Source: Schizochytrium sp. TIO01
Lineage: Eukaryota > Protista > Bigyra: Labyrinthulomycetes
DNA length: 64,000 nt
Direction: 5' to 3'
Assembly (NCBI GenBank): GCA_004764695.1
Contig: SMSO01000032.1
Span: forward strand, 3,380,483-3,444,482
The position numbers and the translations under genes were made by a program. The notes under the pieces are model-generated. The model searched no databases, was not told where the DNA came from, and was given only the letters and a program-made list of their open reading frames with translations. Of the stretch, positions 46,724 through 59,100 are shown one piece after another (the first letter of the stretch is position 1; each line of letters begins with the position of its first letter).

Positions 46724-49097
46724 GGTTTCTAAAGTATCTACGAGGAAACTGTCCCCAGTAATCCACCACCGGCACACAAGCACAAGATGAAGAAGAAACC
46801 ACACGCCCAGAAATAATGGATCAGATACATGAGAATCAACAGCAGGCAGAAACAATGTCATAAGGTATAGAACAAGAGAGCACATGGTATCATCACAAGG
46901 CCAACCGTGCCGATTAAATCATCATAAGTCACAGAATTTCATTGTCAGTAAACCCTCCATACGACCGAATTGAACTCACTCCCTCCGCCCTCCTCTCTAA
47001 GCTCTCGTCGGCGTCCTTCGTGAAGCTAGCTATTCATTTACGTTTATACCATCATTTCAAAGGCTCACGAAGGTAAGCTCATCGACCGCAAGTCGCTGCC
47101 GCCGTCGCGACCGGCGTCACGCAGAGCAGCCAGTAAAAGAAGTCCAGGTGCACAGAGGCACCCACCAGGGGACGAAGGTCGGCGGCCAAGCCGCACAGCG
47201 CGCGTACCTGAAGCGAGCAACTCCAGCGAGCTCGATCAAAGTCTAGCCTCTCTTTCTCTCTCTTCTCTCTCTTTCTCTCCTATCTCCGGCCTGGCAGCAG
47301 CGCCTCCACCTTAATGCATCCACCTTAATCCACGCATAGTCATCTACCTATCACTTAAGCGAGGACAGAGAAGATAGAACAGTGGAACGCAGAGTGGAAC
47401 GGGTGCTTTGAAGAGGTAGCTAAGTGCTATTGTAGTATTGTAGGGGGAACGAAGAGAAATCGTCTCTAAGGCATCGAATTTGGTCAAAGTTGAGTTGAGT
47501 GGAGAGCAACTGGAGAGATTTGAGAAGGCAAGGAGTAGGAGAGGACCAGCTAGATCTAATTTACAAAATTGTGGAGGGCTGGTTTATGTTTTGTTGATGA
47601 GAAACGAATTGTGGAGTTTGATGAATTTGGTGCATGAAATATGCAAAGTTTAACCTTTTGTGTTACGATGCAAGTTCATTCCTGAGAACCCATATGAGCG
47701 TGTGTTCTCTGTGAACAAGATCATGATGGCCTTCAGGATGAATCCTGCTCATGGCAGTATTTCTACATCTTTCAATATTAGCTCACGCAGTATCCAAGAG
47801 AAATGGGTCATTTCCTGAGCATCAATTTGGTCCTATGGTACCAAACTTGGTCCTGTGAAAACCCCTAGTGGACCTTACCGAACTCCTAATGGTCACTACG
47901 CAAGTGCACTGCGCTATACCTCCTCACTTAGCTCTTACCATAGGACCTTTTTCTCCTCAGAGTGCCCTGCATTTGCAAAAGCGGAGTTAGACATTCAATC
48001 AGTACGTGTAAGTAAGTGCACATGCTTCCACGCTAACGTGCCGGTTATCAGCACGACCTCATTCAAGATTGTCTGGCTTGTCACGCCTGCCCAATACTCC
48101 AGACGCAGAGTCCTCCGAATGCACGAGCAGTATGGATGCAAGCATTTCTATATTTCTATAGAATTAGAAAGAAGGATAAACTCATATGAACACTACGGCT
48201 AAGCCCCCATTATACACTACCTTAAGAGTGTTGCTGCCAGCCCTTCAAAGCTTTGCTATGCCTTACACTGGCACACTCTCTCCTATACTTTAGGGTAGAT
48301 GACTGCTAGCCGTGGATGATAACCAGAGAACTCTGTTCTTCTTCTTATTTGAATGTTTTCTTCTTCTCATTGTAAATTAGTTAATTCTGCAGCGTAGCAA
48401 AACAATTGGCGTCGCAGAAGGGCTGTATAACTCACTTGCACTGCGATTTACACAGTGGGTTATGCTTTTGTACAATAGAACTTATGTCGTATAACTCACT
48501 TGTGGGGCGTATAACGTATTTGGCCTTGCTCTCCTCCAATGAGCGGTGGCAGCCAAGTAAATCATGGTACCTAGCTAGCTAATGTCGTCGAGTTTCCGAC
48601 TTTGATACCTGCGTCGGCTGCTGTAGCTGCTGATGGCTTGCGTCTTTGTTTGATTCTTTGTCTTTTTGTTTTCTTTGTTTCTTGGCCTGCTTGTATGTTG
48701 AGTAGAAGAGACAGAGTCGCCTTGCGTTGTGTGTTGCTCTCCTTGTATACTTTACCTTGTCCAAGTTGATTTTGGTCTCTCCATTGCCTCCTTTAACCCA
48801 TAGTGCCTCGTTTGCTCTACTGTATGCGCCCATTTGTTCTACTGTAGCCTGCCTATACTTGACTATATCTCGCTTTTTTGTTTCACTGTGCTTACCATCG
48901 ACAAATTAGCCAACGAGAAGGCCTTGCCATTCTGCTGTTTGTTTCCTGTCCATACTGAAGTAGCTTGCTCGCGAGCAGACCGTCGGCTAGGCAGCGACCG
49001 GAGCCCGAGGTAGCGAGGTATCGGCTTCTGCAAACCAGAGGCGAGCGGCGAGAGGTTGTGAGATCCTGGAGAGGCTCCAGGTTTCGTTTCAAGCACC

Positions 49098-50201
49098 ATG
49101 CAGCAGTCGATTCGCCGGCTGGCCTCCTTGGCCGCAGCCAATGCTCTGAGCGGCCCGCGTTTTGTGCGCGGCGTGCCTAGCGCTAGGATAGCGCGTGGCC
49201 TTGCATCCTCTGCAGGAGAGAACCCTGCGGAGCCTCCTCTTCACCCTCTCGACGCTGCTGGCCACGCACCTGCAGACCCTGCCGCAGATGCGTCCCCGTC
49301 TTCGAGTGAGGCCGTCTTCGAGGCGCAGCAGATGGAGGCGGCTGTGGGACGTGCCGCAGCCAGCTCTAAAAACGATGGCCCTGGTGTGCCGTTTGGAGAT
49401 GACAAGCCAACCTTCGATGGCCCTACTCCCCGCAAGAGAGCCGTGCTTCCGCGTGAGCGCAAAATCAAGGAGGACCCTGAGTTTGCGCGTATTGGAAAGA
49501 ACGCGCACATGACACCGAAGCAGGCCCTGGACCTCGCGAGACACTTTATGCAGTACACCCCGAACCACCCTGCAATCACCGCCACTGTGCAACTGAACAT
49601 TGATGTGCGCAAGGCAGACCAGGCTCTGAGAACCTCATGCACTCTCCCATACGGAACGGGCGCCAAGAAGCGTGTGGCAGTTTTCGCGGGACCTGAGATG
49701 GCCGGCGAGGCGCTCGCGGCAGGTGCCGAGATGGCAGGATCAGAGGAGCTTCTCGACAAGATCAAGAACACCAACAAGATCAGCAAGATTATTGATATCG
49801 TGCTTGCCACTCCTGATCAGCTTCCTGTGGTACGCCAGGTCGCACGTGTGCTTGGACCTAAGGGACTTATGCCGAATGAAAAGGTGGGAACTGTCACGAC
49901 AGATCTTACCCATGATGTTCCTCTCTTCGCTTCCCGCACCCTCGAAATTCGCGCAGATAAGTTTGGTATCGTTCACGGACGCATTGCAAGCACCAAGATG
50001 GCAGATGAGGAGATCCTGGCGAACTTTCGTGCGCTCATGAAGAGCATCCAGGACAACAAACCCCCTGGCGCCAAGGGTAAGTACATCACCGCCATCTATA
50101 TTTCCACCGCGCAGGGACCTGGAATCGGAATCGACCTTGCCTACGGATCTCCGGTCAGCTCCCACTTTATGCGCAACGAACCTGTCCCCCAGAAAAGGTA
50201 A
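49098..50201 (+). CDS. MRPL1: Mitochondrial ribosomal protein uL1m, 367 aa
   Basis: Arg/Ala/Ser-rich presequence; LPYGTG, VAVFA, AGAEMAG.EEL, LGPKGLMPNEKVGTV, ISTAQGPG (bacterial-type L1). Confidence 0.92.
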   Translation: MQQSIRRLASLAAANALSGPRFVRGVPSARIARGLASSAGENPAEPPLHPLDAAGHAPADPAADASPSSSEAVFEAQQMEAAVGRAAASSKNDGPGVPFGDDKPTFDGPTPRKRAVLPRERKIKEDPEFARIGKNAHMTPKQALDLARHFMQYTPNHPAITATVQLNIDVRKADQALRTSCTLPYGTGAKKRVAVFAGPEMAGEALAAGAEMAGSEELLDKIKNTNKISKIIDIVLATPDQLPVVRQVARVLGPKGLMPNEKVGTVTTDLTHDVPLFASRTLEIRADKFGIVHGRIASTKMADEEILANFRALMKSIQDNKPPGAKGKYITAIYISTAQGPGIGIDLAYGSPVSSHFMRNEPVPQKR

Positions 50202-51118
50202 AATTATTACTTCATTTGCCACATTTTGACGTTTGTTTGATGGTCGAAACCGCACACAGAAACTACCCAGCTTGTTTTTTTGATGTGATGCCTTAATTTT
50301 TGGCCTTGCCTTGTTTCCCCCCTGGCTTTCGCTCCTTATCTTGTTCTTGCGTTAAGCTGATGTTAAAATGAGATACCTTACTATTAACTCCATGTATGTC
50401 AACATCAGCATAACACTTTGAAAGTCACTGCGTGTTACAGTATGAATTATGGCTCCACCTAAAGGCAAACAAGCCAAATAGACATAGTGAGTGAGTAATC
50501 ATGAGAGACACTGATTCTGCAAGTGATTTGCTACCTTTAAATGTCCTCTGAGTAATCAAATTTAGGTTCCCCAATGAGAATGATGGGAGAGAGTCCACAA
50601 ACAAATTGGAGGCCGGATACTTTAAGAACGCTTCGTCTTACCTTTCTTTGTTTTAAAATATAATAATCGACGACGTCGTGAAACCAAGACTCAAATATTC
50701 TGTAATTAATATATTTCACTCTTCAATACTCTTGCTATTGTCACAAATATGCTCGCCGGAATCTACCCCAAAAATTCTCGTTGTCCTTCTTCTATTTTCA
50801 TAGCTTATTGCGTGAAATTAGCCTATCCCTTCTTTTTATTTCTGTGTGAAATTATTACTGAGCAACCCCAATTCATCCTCGGAGTTGATTGTCAACGGCT
50901 CTGTTCTTTATCTTAACACTAAGATGAGATGGTTGCGGCGAGATGGGATGGCGTCCAAGACAGTGAATTTGAGGGCTTTCTTCAACAAGGATCTCCCTTC
51001 CTCATCAAGACGAAGTCATTGTGCACAGTATAGTAGCGTATCAAACCGATTATTAGAATCTTATCGGTTTTAGCTGCCCTCACGATCGAAGAAGTGGATT
51101 GATCAACTCATCACTGCG

Positions 51119-53041
51119 ATGCTGCGCACACCTAAAAGAGCTCCACTGCAACGTCAAAGACCCACAAGCGCTGCTACAACGTGGAGCTCTCCGAGGCCTC
51201 TCTCATCACAATCGAATCGCTCACATGACAATGGGGAATTCACAATTGACGAAACCCTACCAGCGACTCACCTGATCAGTTCTTCATCATCGATATCGTT
51301 ATCGCAGCCATCAAGTTCAACATCAAGCTCAGACCCATCAGTTTCATGGAGAATTGCAGATGGTGATGCGATTCTTTGTGGAAAAGTTGAATGCGCGCTT
51401 GGGCTTGCACGCCCCGCAAAAACGCTCGTGAAGGTTTCATATGTCGAACCAGGAGATCCTGGCACAAATGTCATGTTCCGTAGCAAACAGGTCATCTTTG
51501 AGACCCAACCTGTAGAAGATAACTCAAATGATCCAGAGTGGAATGCTCCTTTTGAGTATAATATTTATCGCCCTGCGTCTGGTGACTGGAGAGATCTTGA
51601 AGGCGACCTTCTCTTCACGATTTACGAAGATCAAGGCCAACGACGCATTTTTGTAGGTCAGGCTCTTGTACCCCTGCTGCATCTCCTTGACTACAATTCT
51701 ACAAGCTCCTCTCAAATCAAGGGGCGCCTTGCTAGGGTCCATGGTGGCACCCAGAGAGTCGGGACAGAGCTTTTCCCTCTATCAAATCGCGATGAAAGTC
51801 TCGCACGAGGCACACTTGCTTTAGAACTCAGGCTAGAGCTTCCACCTGACGAACCAGTTAATGTAATAGGAGACAGTTTATCATCTACAGGCACAGACAG
51901 CGAAAAACACACTATTGATCACCGTTCTCTCGCTGCATCCAGCACTCACAGCCGAAGAGTTGGCAAGAAAGTAAAATCCAAAACACCTGCCATCCACCCC
52001 GCGGAAGCTCGAGCAATGCACCTTCAACGTCAACGTCAGCGTCAGCAGCAAAAGCTCGATCAGGAAAATCGCAATATGCAAAAGCGCATTCGCAAAGCCA
52101 AAAGCTCAATGGCTCCCACTGCTCGCGAAATGAGCGAATCAAAAGCCACCGAGGCCTGGCGGAAGAAGAAAGCAAACTCTGCATTTTCTCAACAACATCA
52201 ACAGCAGCAACACCAGGGACCGAGTGAGATGGAATTGCGCTCCATGACACGTGAAGCCGGAGAATTACGACAGAGTATTGTTGCTCTAAAAGATGAAATC
52301 ACTCATATGCGAGCCGGAATCGCTCGCGATGAAACGATTCTTCGAAGGCAGCGCATTCTTGAAGAGCAAATGGACCGAGCGCACCAGGAAAGCAAGTCTC
52401 GTGGTGTTGTACGCAAGGCACGCGCGCATGGTCCTCGCCAAGCCGTCTCTCAACTTGACAATATGATAGGAACTGATCAGCCATCTGAAAAAGACCTTCG
52501 AGAGATTCATTTCCGTCTATTCCGTGCCCTTGATGCACATCGTGCACTCAATGAAGAAGCACAGACCCTGTTACAGCGTCGAACAAATGCACAAGAAAAA
52601 GCTGCTGAGTGCGTACTAGCCGTGGAAAAGGCCACGCAGAGCTTACAAAATATACGAAAGGAAGAAAAAACGAAGCTTCGACAGGTCAGAGATGGGGACA
52701 TCTTAGCCTCTTCAGACCTGCATGATCTTCGCATTGCATTTTCGGTCGCCAAAAATGATTTTGTACTTCAGCAGAGAGCTTACGAACATGACGAAAACTT
52801 GCTTGCTGATGATATTGAGCGCCTAAAGGGGAAAATTGAGCGCAAGATGACAAAAATAGAGCAAGCTCAGGTAGATTTAGAGCATCTTCACTCAGAAACA
52901 GCTGAAATTAAGTCGCGTCACCGTAAGAAAAGTGCAGGAGCGTCAGAAGAAATTACTCGTCTTCAGGCAGCTATTGCTCAGCTTCTTTATGCTAAAGAAA
53001 AGAAGGAACAAACAAAGAGCTCACGGTCTAGGCGTCGTTAG
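51119..53041 (+). CDS. Uncharacterised protein, probable N-terminal C2 domain plus long coiled coil, 640 aa
   Basis: Long ORF. C2-like pattern VECALGL..., ETQPVEDNSNDPEWNAPFEY, LLFTIYED, FVGQALVPL; E/K/R/L-rich heptad C-terminal half. Confidence 0.75.
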   Translation: MLRTPKRAPLQRQRPTSAATTWSSPRPLSSQSNRSHDNGEFTIDETLPATHLISSSSSISLSQPSSSTSSSDPSVSWRIADGDAILCGKVECALGLARPAKTLVKVSYVEPGDPGTNVMFRSKQVIFETQPVEDNSNDPEWNAPFEYNIYRPASGDWRDLEGDLLFTIYEDQGQRRIFVGQALVPLLHLLDYNSTSSSQIKGRLARVHGGTQRVGTELFPLSNRDESLARGTLALELRLELPPDEPVNVIGDSLSSTGTDSEKHTIDHRSLAASSTHSRRVGKKVKSKTPAIHPAEARAMHLQRQRQRQQQKLDQENRNMQKRIRKAKSSMAPTAREMSESKATEAWRKKKANSAFSQQHQQQQHQGPSEMELRSMTREAGELRQSIVALKDEITHMRAGIARDETILRRQRILEEQMDRAHQESKSRGVVRKARAHGPRQAVSQLDNMIGTDQPSEKDLREIHFRLFRALDAHRALNEEAQTLLQRRTNAQEKAAECVLAVEKATQSLQNIRKEEKTKLRQVRDGDILASSDLHDLRIAFSVAKNDFVLQQRAYEHDENLLADDIERLKGKIERKMTKIEQAQVDLEHLHSETAEIKSRHRKKSAGASEEITRLQAAIAQLLYAKEKKEQTKSSRSRRR

Positions 53042-53543
53042 CCCCTTCACATCAAGCTGCGCATACACAGTCATACGATTATTGACAAACAATTTCGAAC
53101 TGATCATGATTCTATTAAGATTGCGTACATGGGTGCCTACAAACAACGAGTGTTAATTGTTCCTTCTATCGAGCCCCTTCCCGAGTCAACGTATCATTTC
53201 GAATTGCTGCTACCTAGCTAGAGTTTGTATTTTGTAAAGTAATTTCTTATTCGACTAGTTCTGCCTCAATAGATCAAATACAGTTTACTGTCATACATCT
53301 GAAAAATGAGAATTGACAAGTCATTAGCAAGCCGAATTAACAAACGTGGTCACCAAGGAAGTGAGATACAATGAAACTTGGCAAGGTATGTAAGATGGGA
53401 TGGGTGAGATTACAGAGAAAAGGCAGATAAGTAGTTATGTTGACTTTGGGATCTCAAAGAGCATTAAAGGGTGCAGTTGAAAAGGAACTTTGTGTGTGAA
53501 TGTATGTAGATTTGCAAGTATGTATGAAATACTGGACTCGAGC

Positions 53544-54317
53544 TTACATCTTGGCCTTGACAGCACTGGAGGCAATAATGTCCTTGAACTCGGCCTTGAG
53601 GGAAGCACCACCGACAAGAAATCCGTCAATGTCGGCCTTCTTAATAAGCTCCTCGCAGTTGCCAGCCTTGACACTACCTCCGTAGATGATACGAACTCCA
53701 GCGGCAGCCTCCTCTCCGATCTTAGTCTTGAGGTACTCACGGATCTGCTCGTGAGTCTCCTGTGCCTGCTCCGGGGACGCGGTGACACCAGTGCCAATGG
53801 CCCAAACCGGCTCGTACGCCACCACCACGCGGTCAATGGCGCCCTCCGGCACAGCAGCAATGATCGGCTCAAGCTGCTCCTTGCACACCTCCATGGTGCG
53901 GCCAGCCTCGCGGTCCTCAAGCTGCTCACCGACGCACGCAATCACGCTCATGCCGCCTTCGAGCGCCACCTTCGTCTTGGTACCTACAATTTCAGCAGTC
54001 TCGCCACAATATGCCCTACGCTCGCTGTGGCCCAAAATGCACCAGTCAAGACCGAAATCCTTTACGATGTCTACAGTGAGCTCGCCAGTCCACGCGCCGG
54101 CGGCAGGCTCGCTCCAAATGTTTTGGACGGACACGGCCACGTCCTTGCGCAGGTTGGCCTGGACGGCGTGAATGTGGAGAGCGGTGGGAGCGACGACAAC
54201 TTCGGCGTTGGTGGGGAATTCACCAGCACCGTTAAGGAGGTCCACGAGCTCCGCCACGGACTGCTTGGTGCCGTTGCATTTCCAGTTGCCACCGATGAAG
54301 ACCTTCTTGCCGCTCAT
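53544..54317 (-). CDS. TPI: Triosephosphate isomerase, cytosolic type, 257 aa
   Basis: GGNWK, GHSERR, AYEPVWAIGTG, YGGSV, GFLVGGASL; no presequence. Confidence 0.98.
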   Translation of the reverse strand: MSGKKVFIGGNWKCNGTKQSVAELVDLLNGAGEFPTNAEVVVAPTALHIHAVQANLRKDVAVSVQNIWSEPAAGAWTGELTVDIVKDFGLDWCILGHSERRAYCGETAEIVGTKTKVALEGGMSVIACVGEQLEDREAGRTMEVCKEQLEPIIAAVPEGAIDRVVVAYEPVWAIGTGVTASPEQAQETHEQIREYLKTKIGEEAAAGVRIIYGGSVKAGNCEELIKKADIDGFLVGGASLKAEFKDIIASSAVKAKM

Positions 54318-56173
54318 CTTGAGAAATTGATTGGTTGCTTGTTGTTTTCACGAAGAAGCGAAGCAGCTGACTGTGCTCAAAGAGGCGTAAGGAGGAGTCT
54401 CAAGGAAAGAGTGGCGGACCGACAGTCGAAGAGTCAAAGGTTCACGTGGAGGAAACAGTTGAGGGTTTGCTAATCCAAGCAGATGAAAATCGTCACAAAA
54501 CAAAGCCTCTTGGATATTCTCGCCGATTCGTCGGCTTCACCTCCTAAGAGCAACTAGAGCAAGTAAACTCTTATGATATCCAAGTCTTATAACTGCACAC
54601 TCCCCGCCTTTTCGGCACCCACATAGCACTTAATTATCGTTGCTAAGGTGAGACAATACTACTAACTATTAACAGAATACGAAGTACAGGAATGAGAAAG
54701 TATTTTTTTTAATTTTAAAATGAAAAGAGGCCTATGTGTATTATTATGCTTTTTATAGACAGACCTTATCAAACTGGTAGGGCTGATAAAAACGTACCTG
54801 CCTAGTACCAGTGACGTAGGTGACTTAGGTAAGTACGTCCCAAGTTAGGTATGCGATCAGAGGCGAGAGAAACCTGAGGGTCAAGAATGAGCCTTGATGC
54901 TGCAGCTGAAGGTTATCACAGAACCGACCTCCAGGCACTTCCACGATTTCCAGCAACATCTCAGACTTAGAGAACTAAATAGCTATACCATATGACGTCA
55001 TCATAGATTTCGCTGTAATGACACATGTAGAATGAAAGCATCCGCTATTTCCGAGTCTGTATTGATCAAGACGATATTAAATCTGATTTGACATTACATT
55101 CGGCGCGAATGGAGCTTCTAGGAATCGAATATACTGTGGCTCTGGTGAAGTCTGAGAACTTCAATCATCTGCTTCATGGTTAGCGTGGAATCTGGCATGA
55201 CCTTTTCGTTAACAAATTCCGTTCCCAAGACTTTGTGAGGTTTAGGTTTTCCAATGGCACATCGTTAAATGTGTTCGCCAAACTCAAGTTCTTGATGAGC
55301 CCCTGATCATGTCTCTGCCGGTGATCCATCTGTTGCGTATTTTCAGTTGCTATATTACGGGTTGTTCTTGTGTTTCCCTGTGCAAAAGCAGAAGCTCTGG
55401 CTGGCCATGACGTAAATGCGTCTTTACCGATGAGAGCGCTTTTACGCCTTTGGGGATCAAAGCACAGTCTATGATTTCGAAGCGACAAATTGCCCACTCT
55501 TTGGGCGCGTGTTTTCGATCTTAAATATTCATAGCTGGCATGGAAATCGTGAATACGTCATTAGAAAATATAGCTAGCACCTACCCTCGTTCGTTGTCAT
55601 TAATTTACTCGAGAAGAAGAAACGATGATAAGATGTTGTAGAGGATTTGGCCTGGAGTTGTGAGGCCTTTGGCGGCTCGGGCGAGGAGGAAGAAAGAAGT
55701 CGCCGCCTGGTGTCCGATGAGACCGAGACTCGGGTAATTTGTGAGGTGTGTGCTCACTACAGTATCTTAGTCACTGATAGGACTACCTGGCATCGATACT
55801 AACAAATCTTGAAATCCATTCACGATAGAATTAATAGGTACTTTGGGCCTAAATACCCGTCTTAGGAGATTAGTATCCGAGTAATTTCGCACTTTATGGT
55901 CATGGATGGATCTTCATAACGAAGCGATGACTTTACAACGAAAAAAAGGAATTCAGGAGATTTTATGATCAATTTATGGTGAAGTTGTCATGGCCTTTCC
56001 TTTTATAGGAAAATAGCATGTTCTTGGCATGGCGGTAGAGGTAATTGTCGATATATTGTTTACAATAAAAAGATACTAATTTCTTACATGTTGATATAGT
56101 TAATGTTGATAATGTTGTCAATGTCGTAAATCTTGTAACGTTTGGCTATAGGATTTTCTAAACGCATTATAGC

Positions 56174-59100
56174 TTAGTCATCGAGGGCGCAAAGCATTGC
56201 AACACCTCGCTTGATCCAGAAAGGAGCCGGCTGATCGCGAACAGGGAGGTTGAGGAACATTACGAAGTTACTTGAATGACCGGTAGTGGCAAGAACACCA
56301 CGACGAGCTGATGTCTTGTAAACAGGACACTCATAGGCATCGGTGGGCTTGATCTTTGTCACCTCTGTTGGCAGTAGCTTAATGCAAGGCATTGCAACGA
56401 AAAGTTCTTTGGGTCGAGAGTCCACCAAGACACACCCTTCATCCTCCCAACCTGCGCCTTGCAAATGCAAACCAGTGATATAATGACCATCGTCAAGACG
56501 CTTTGAGCAATCTAGGTCACGCGGGAGAATTTGATTGGTATACTTGATCAAATCAATAGCGATTTTGTGCTTACGAGCAAAGTTTTGGCGCACACCGGTT
56601 GTGAAACCAGGAATCCAAAACAGGTATGAAATGACTACAACAGGAGGAGTACCATCCGTCATCCACTTGTTGAAAAACTCAAGGCGATCCAACAAGTCAT
56701 TAACCCAAGATGATAAAGGCTTCAAACTCGGATAAGCTGCACGAGCCCACATCTCTGGTACAAGCATATTGGTCATAGAGTTACCCATAGCCTCCAACTC
56801 ACTACTCATGACCACGAGACCGCAAATAGCGAGCTGGACGTCCTTTAAGGAACGCTTCACAACTCCAAGGAGATTGTTGAAACGCTCAAGCTCCTGACGC
56901 AGGGTCGAGTTCATCGATTCTTCGTAAAGCACAGGGAAGCGCACTGCAGCAACCTCAAGGTCAAAGAGGTCGGGAATACGTTTCTCAATGTCACTGGCCA
57001 GCTCCATTAGCTGTTCGGCCCACGACATGCCCTCACCACCGCTAGTACGCGGCTGGAGCTCCAAAGCGGCTACCATGAGTGCGTTTGTGCTTGTGATAGC
57101 AGTGGTAATTTCAGCATTCTCATGCAAACCAAATACCTCGGGAAGCTCCGTAAATGGCAACTTATTGATGTATTCAATATAACTATCCATTCCACCTTCA
57201 GGAGGTGCAAAGTATATTCCAGATGGACTGAATCGATGTTTATCATCAAGAATTGGTGGGCGGTAGAAGTCGGCAACGATTGTATCTAAGCAGCGACGAT
57301 CTTTGTCATCTGTAACACGACCACCATAGTTACAACTCGAAGTAAGATAGTGCAACATTGCCCAAGGAATTTGCTCGTATTCATTCAAAAACAAGTGTAA
57401 CTGATCTAGAGAAATACGCTGATCACTAGCAGAGAACTCGTACGGAATATTCCATCCAAGCGGCCCAAACTTACAACGCTCACGGACTAGTGCATGCAAA
57501 AAGGCAATGCCAAAACAGATTTTATGAAAGGCTTCAGGCTTAAGACAGCTGTCAAACCAATCGCGATCTAAAGCAGCATATGAACCCTTCAAGTTTGCAC
57601 GAAGTCCCTTTGGAGGCTCCAAAGTCATTTTAATACCGTTCTGTAAAACTGATACTGGGAACTCCTTGCATGGAAGTGCCGTCAACCAAAGGCGAAAATC
57701 TTCATGAACAACGTCTGGGTGAAGATCTTCGACAATCTTTTCGAGCATTTCGAACCATGACGGCATCACATGCAAGTTCTCAAGAGCGACCCAGCCACCT
57801 TTGTCAATGGCTTCTGAAATAGTACGCTCCGCAATAGGACCTTGACCTTGACCCATAGATACAGAGGCTAATTTGTTATCCATACCTAGCTCCTCGGCAA
57901 CGCGAATAAGCTCTGTCATGGCATCAGCACCAGGTGTAAGCACAAATAGAAGCGGAGTGGTACAAGACGAATCACGATAACCTGCACCCAGATCGAACGG
58001 AGGCGGTTCAATGAACTTTTGTCCGATTTTAGCCATGATGAATTCCATAAGCGCTGGGATCACTTTATCCAAGCGGATGCAACGAAGCAGCAGGAGCTGT
58101 TGAAACGGTGAATAGCGTTCCTTATATTTTTCGCGAATTAGCTTCAGCGGATCTTGAGCATTGGAGACGTCCTCCCAGAAATTGAGCTCTTTTTCCACCT
58201 CCTCATGAAAGTGTGGGTAAACTCCACCGGGGATATCATGCAGCGCCAAGAGGTCCGCCCAGCACTTATCCGAGAGGAATCGACCTTCGGAGTCTGGATT
58301 TGGACGAGACAAATCGACAGCTGTAGAACCAGTGAGGAAGAACCGCAGTTCGCCCGGATCCATTTCGTCACGCAGTTGTAACATTTTGATACAAAGCAAG
58401 AAACTAAAGAGTAATTTGTCCTTCTCGAACAAACTACGACAGACATTGTCGTACAAAATTTCAGCAAATGTGTCTGTCAAAGCCTTGAGGCGGTCATTGA
58501 GATTACTTCCCTTTGCAGCACGGTCAATAGCAAGATTGTAAAGGTTGGCATACCAATCCAAACTGAACTGGTACATGGGGTCGACACCAGCGAGATCTGC
58601 TACACAGAAGAAGAGGTTAGACGAAACACGCGCAACAGGAACATATCCTGCACGGGTGTTATTAATCTTCACAGCAGTCTTCTCAGCAATGGCAACTTGC
58701 TTCATGATCTGGTCAGAGGTAGCCTTAGACTCGGATAATGTGTTGATAAGAACCTCATCATCAAGAATGTTGCCCTCAGCCTTTGCCAAAAGTTCAAGAA
58801 TCTTGTCTTCTAGCTCCTTTAGGATCTTCTTGTTTGCAGCATCTTCCACCACAAGCTGCTCGCGCTGTGCTTCGAGCTCTGGCGTCTCACGACGCACCGT
58901 GATACCAAGCATTTGATCCTTCAGACCCTCTTCGTTAGCAACAAAGTTAATTAAGGTGACTTTGACAACTGTTTCAGGTGAGTAATGCGGGTTACGCAAT
59001 TTTGTGGTCATATATAATCTGAAACGTTCATCATATTCAACGATGTTGTCACCTAGCTGCATGGTCTTAGCACCACCCTTGTTAATGATCTGTTTCGTGA

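Noticed and set aside
53490-54473. 327-aa + strand ORF
   Set aside because: Antisense shadow of codon-biased TPI
10676-55840. Recurrent TAGGTA/TACCTA and CACGTG motifs in intergenic DNA
   Set aside because: Rough counts are near chance expectation for AT-rich intergenic sequence
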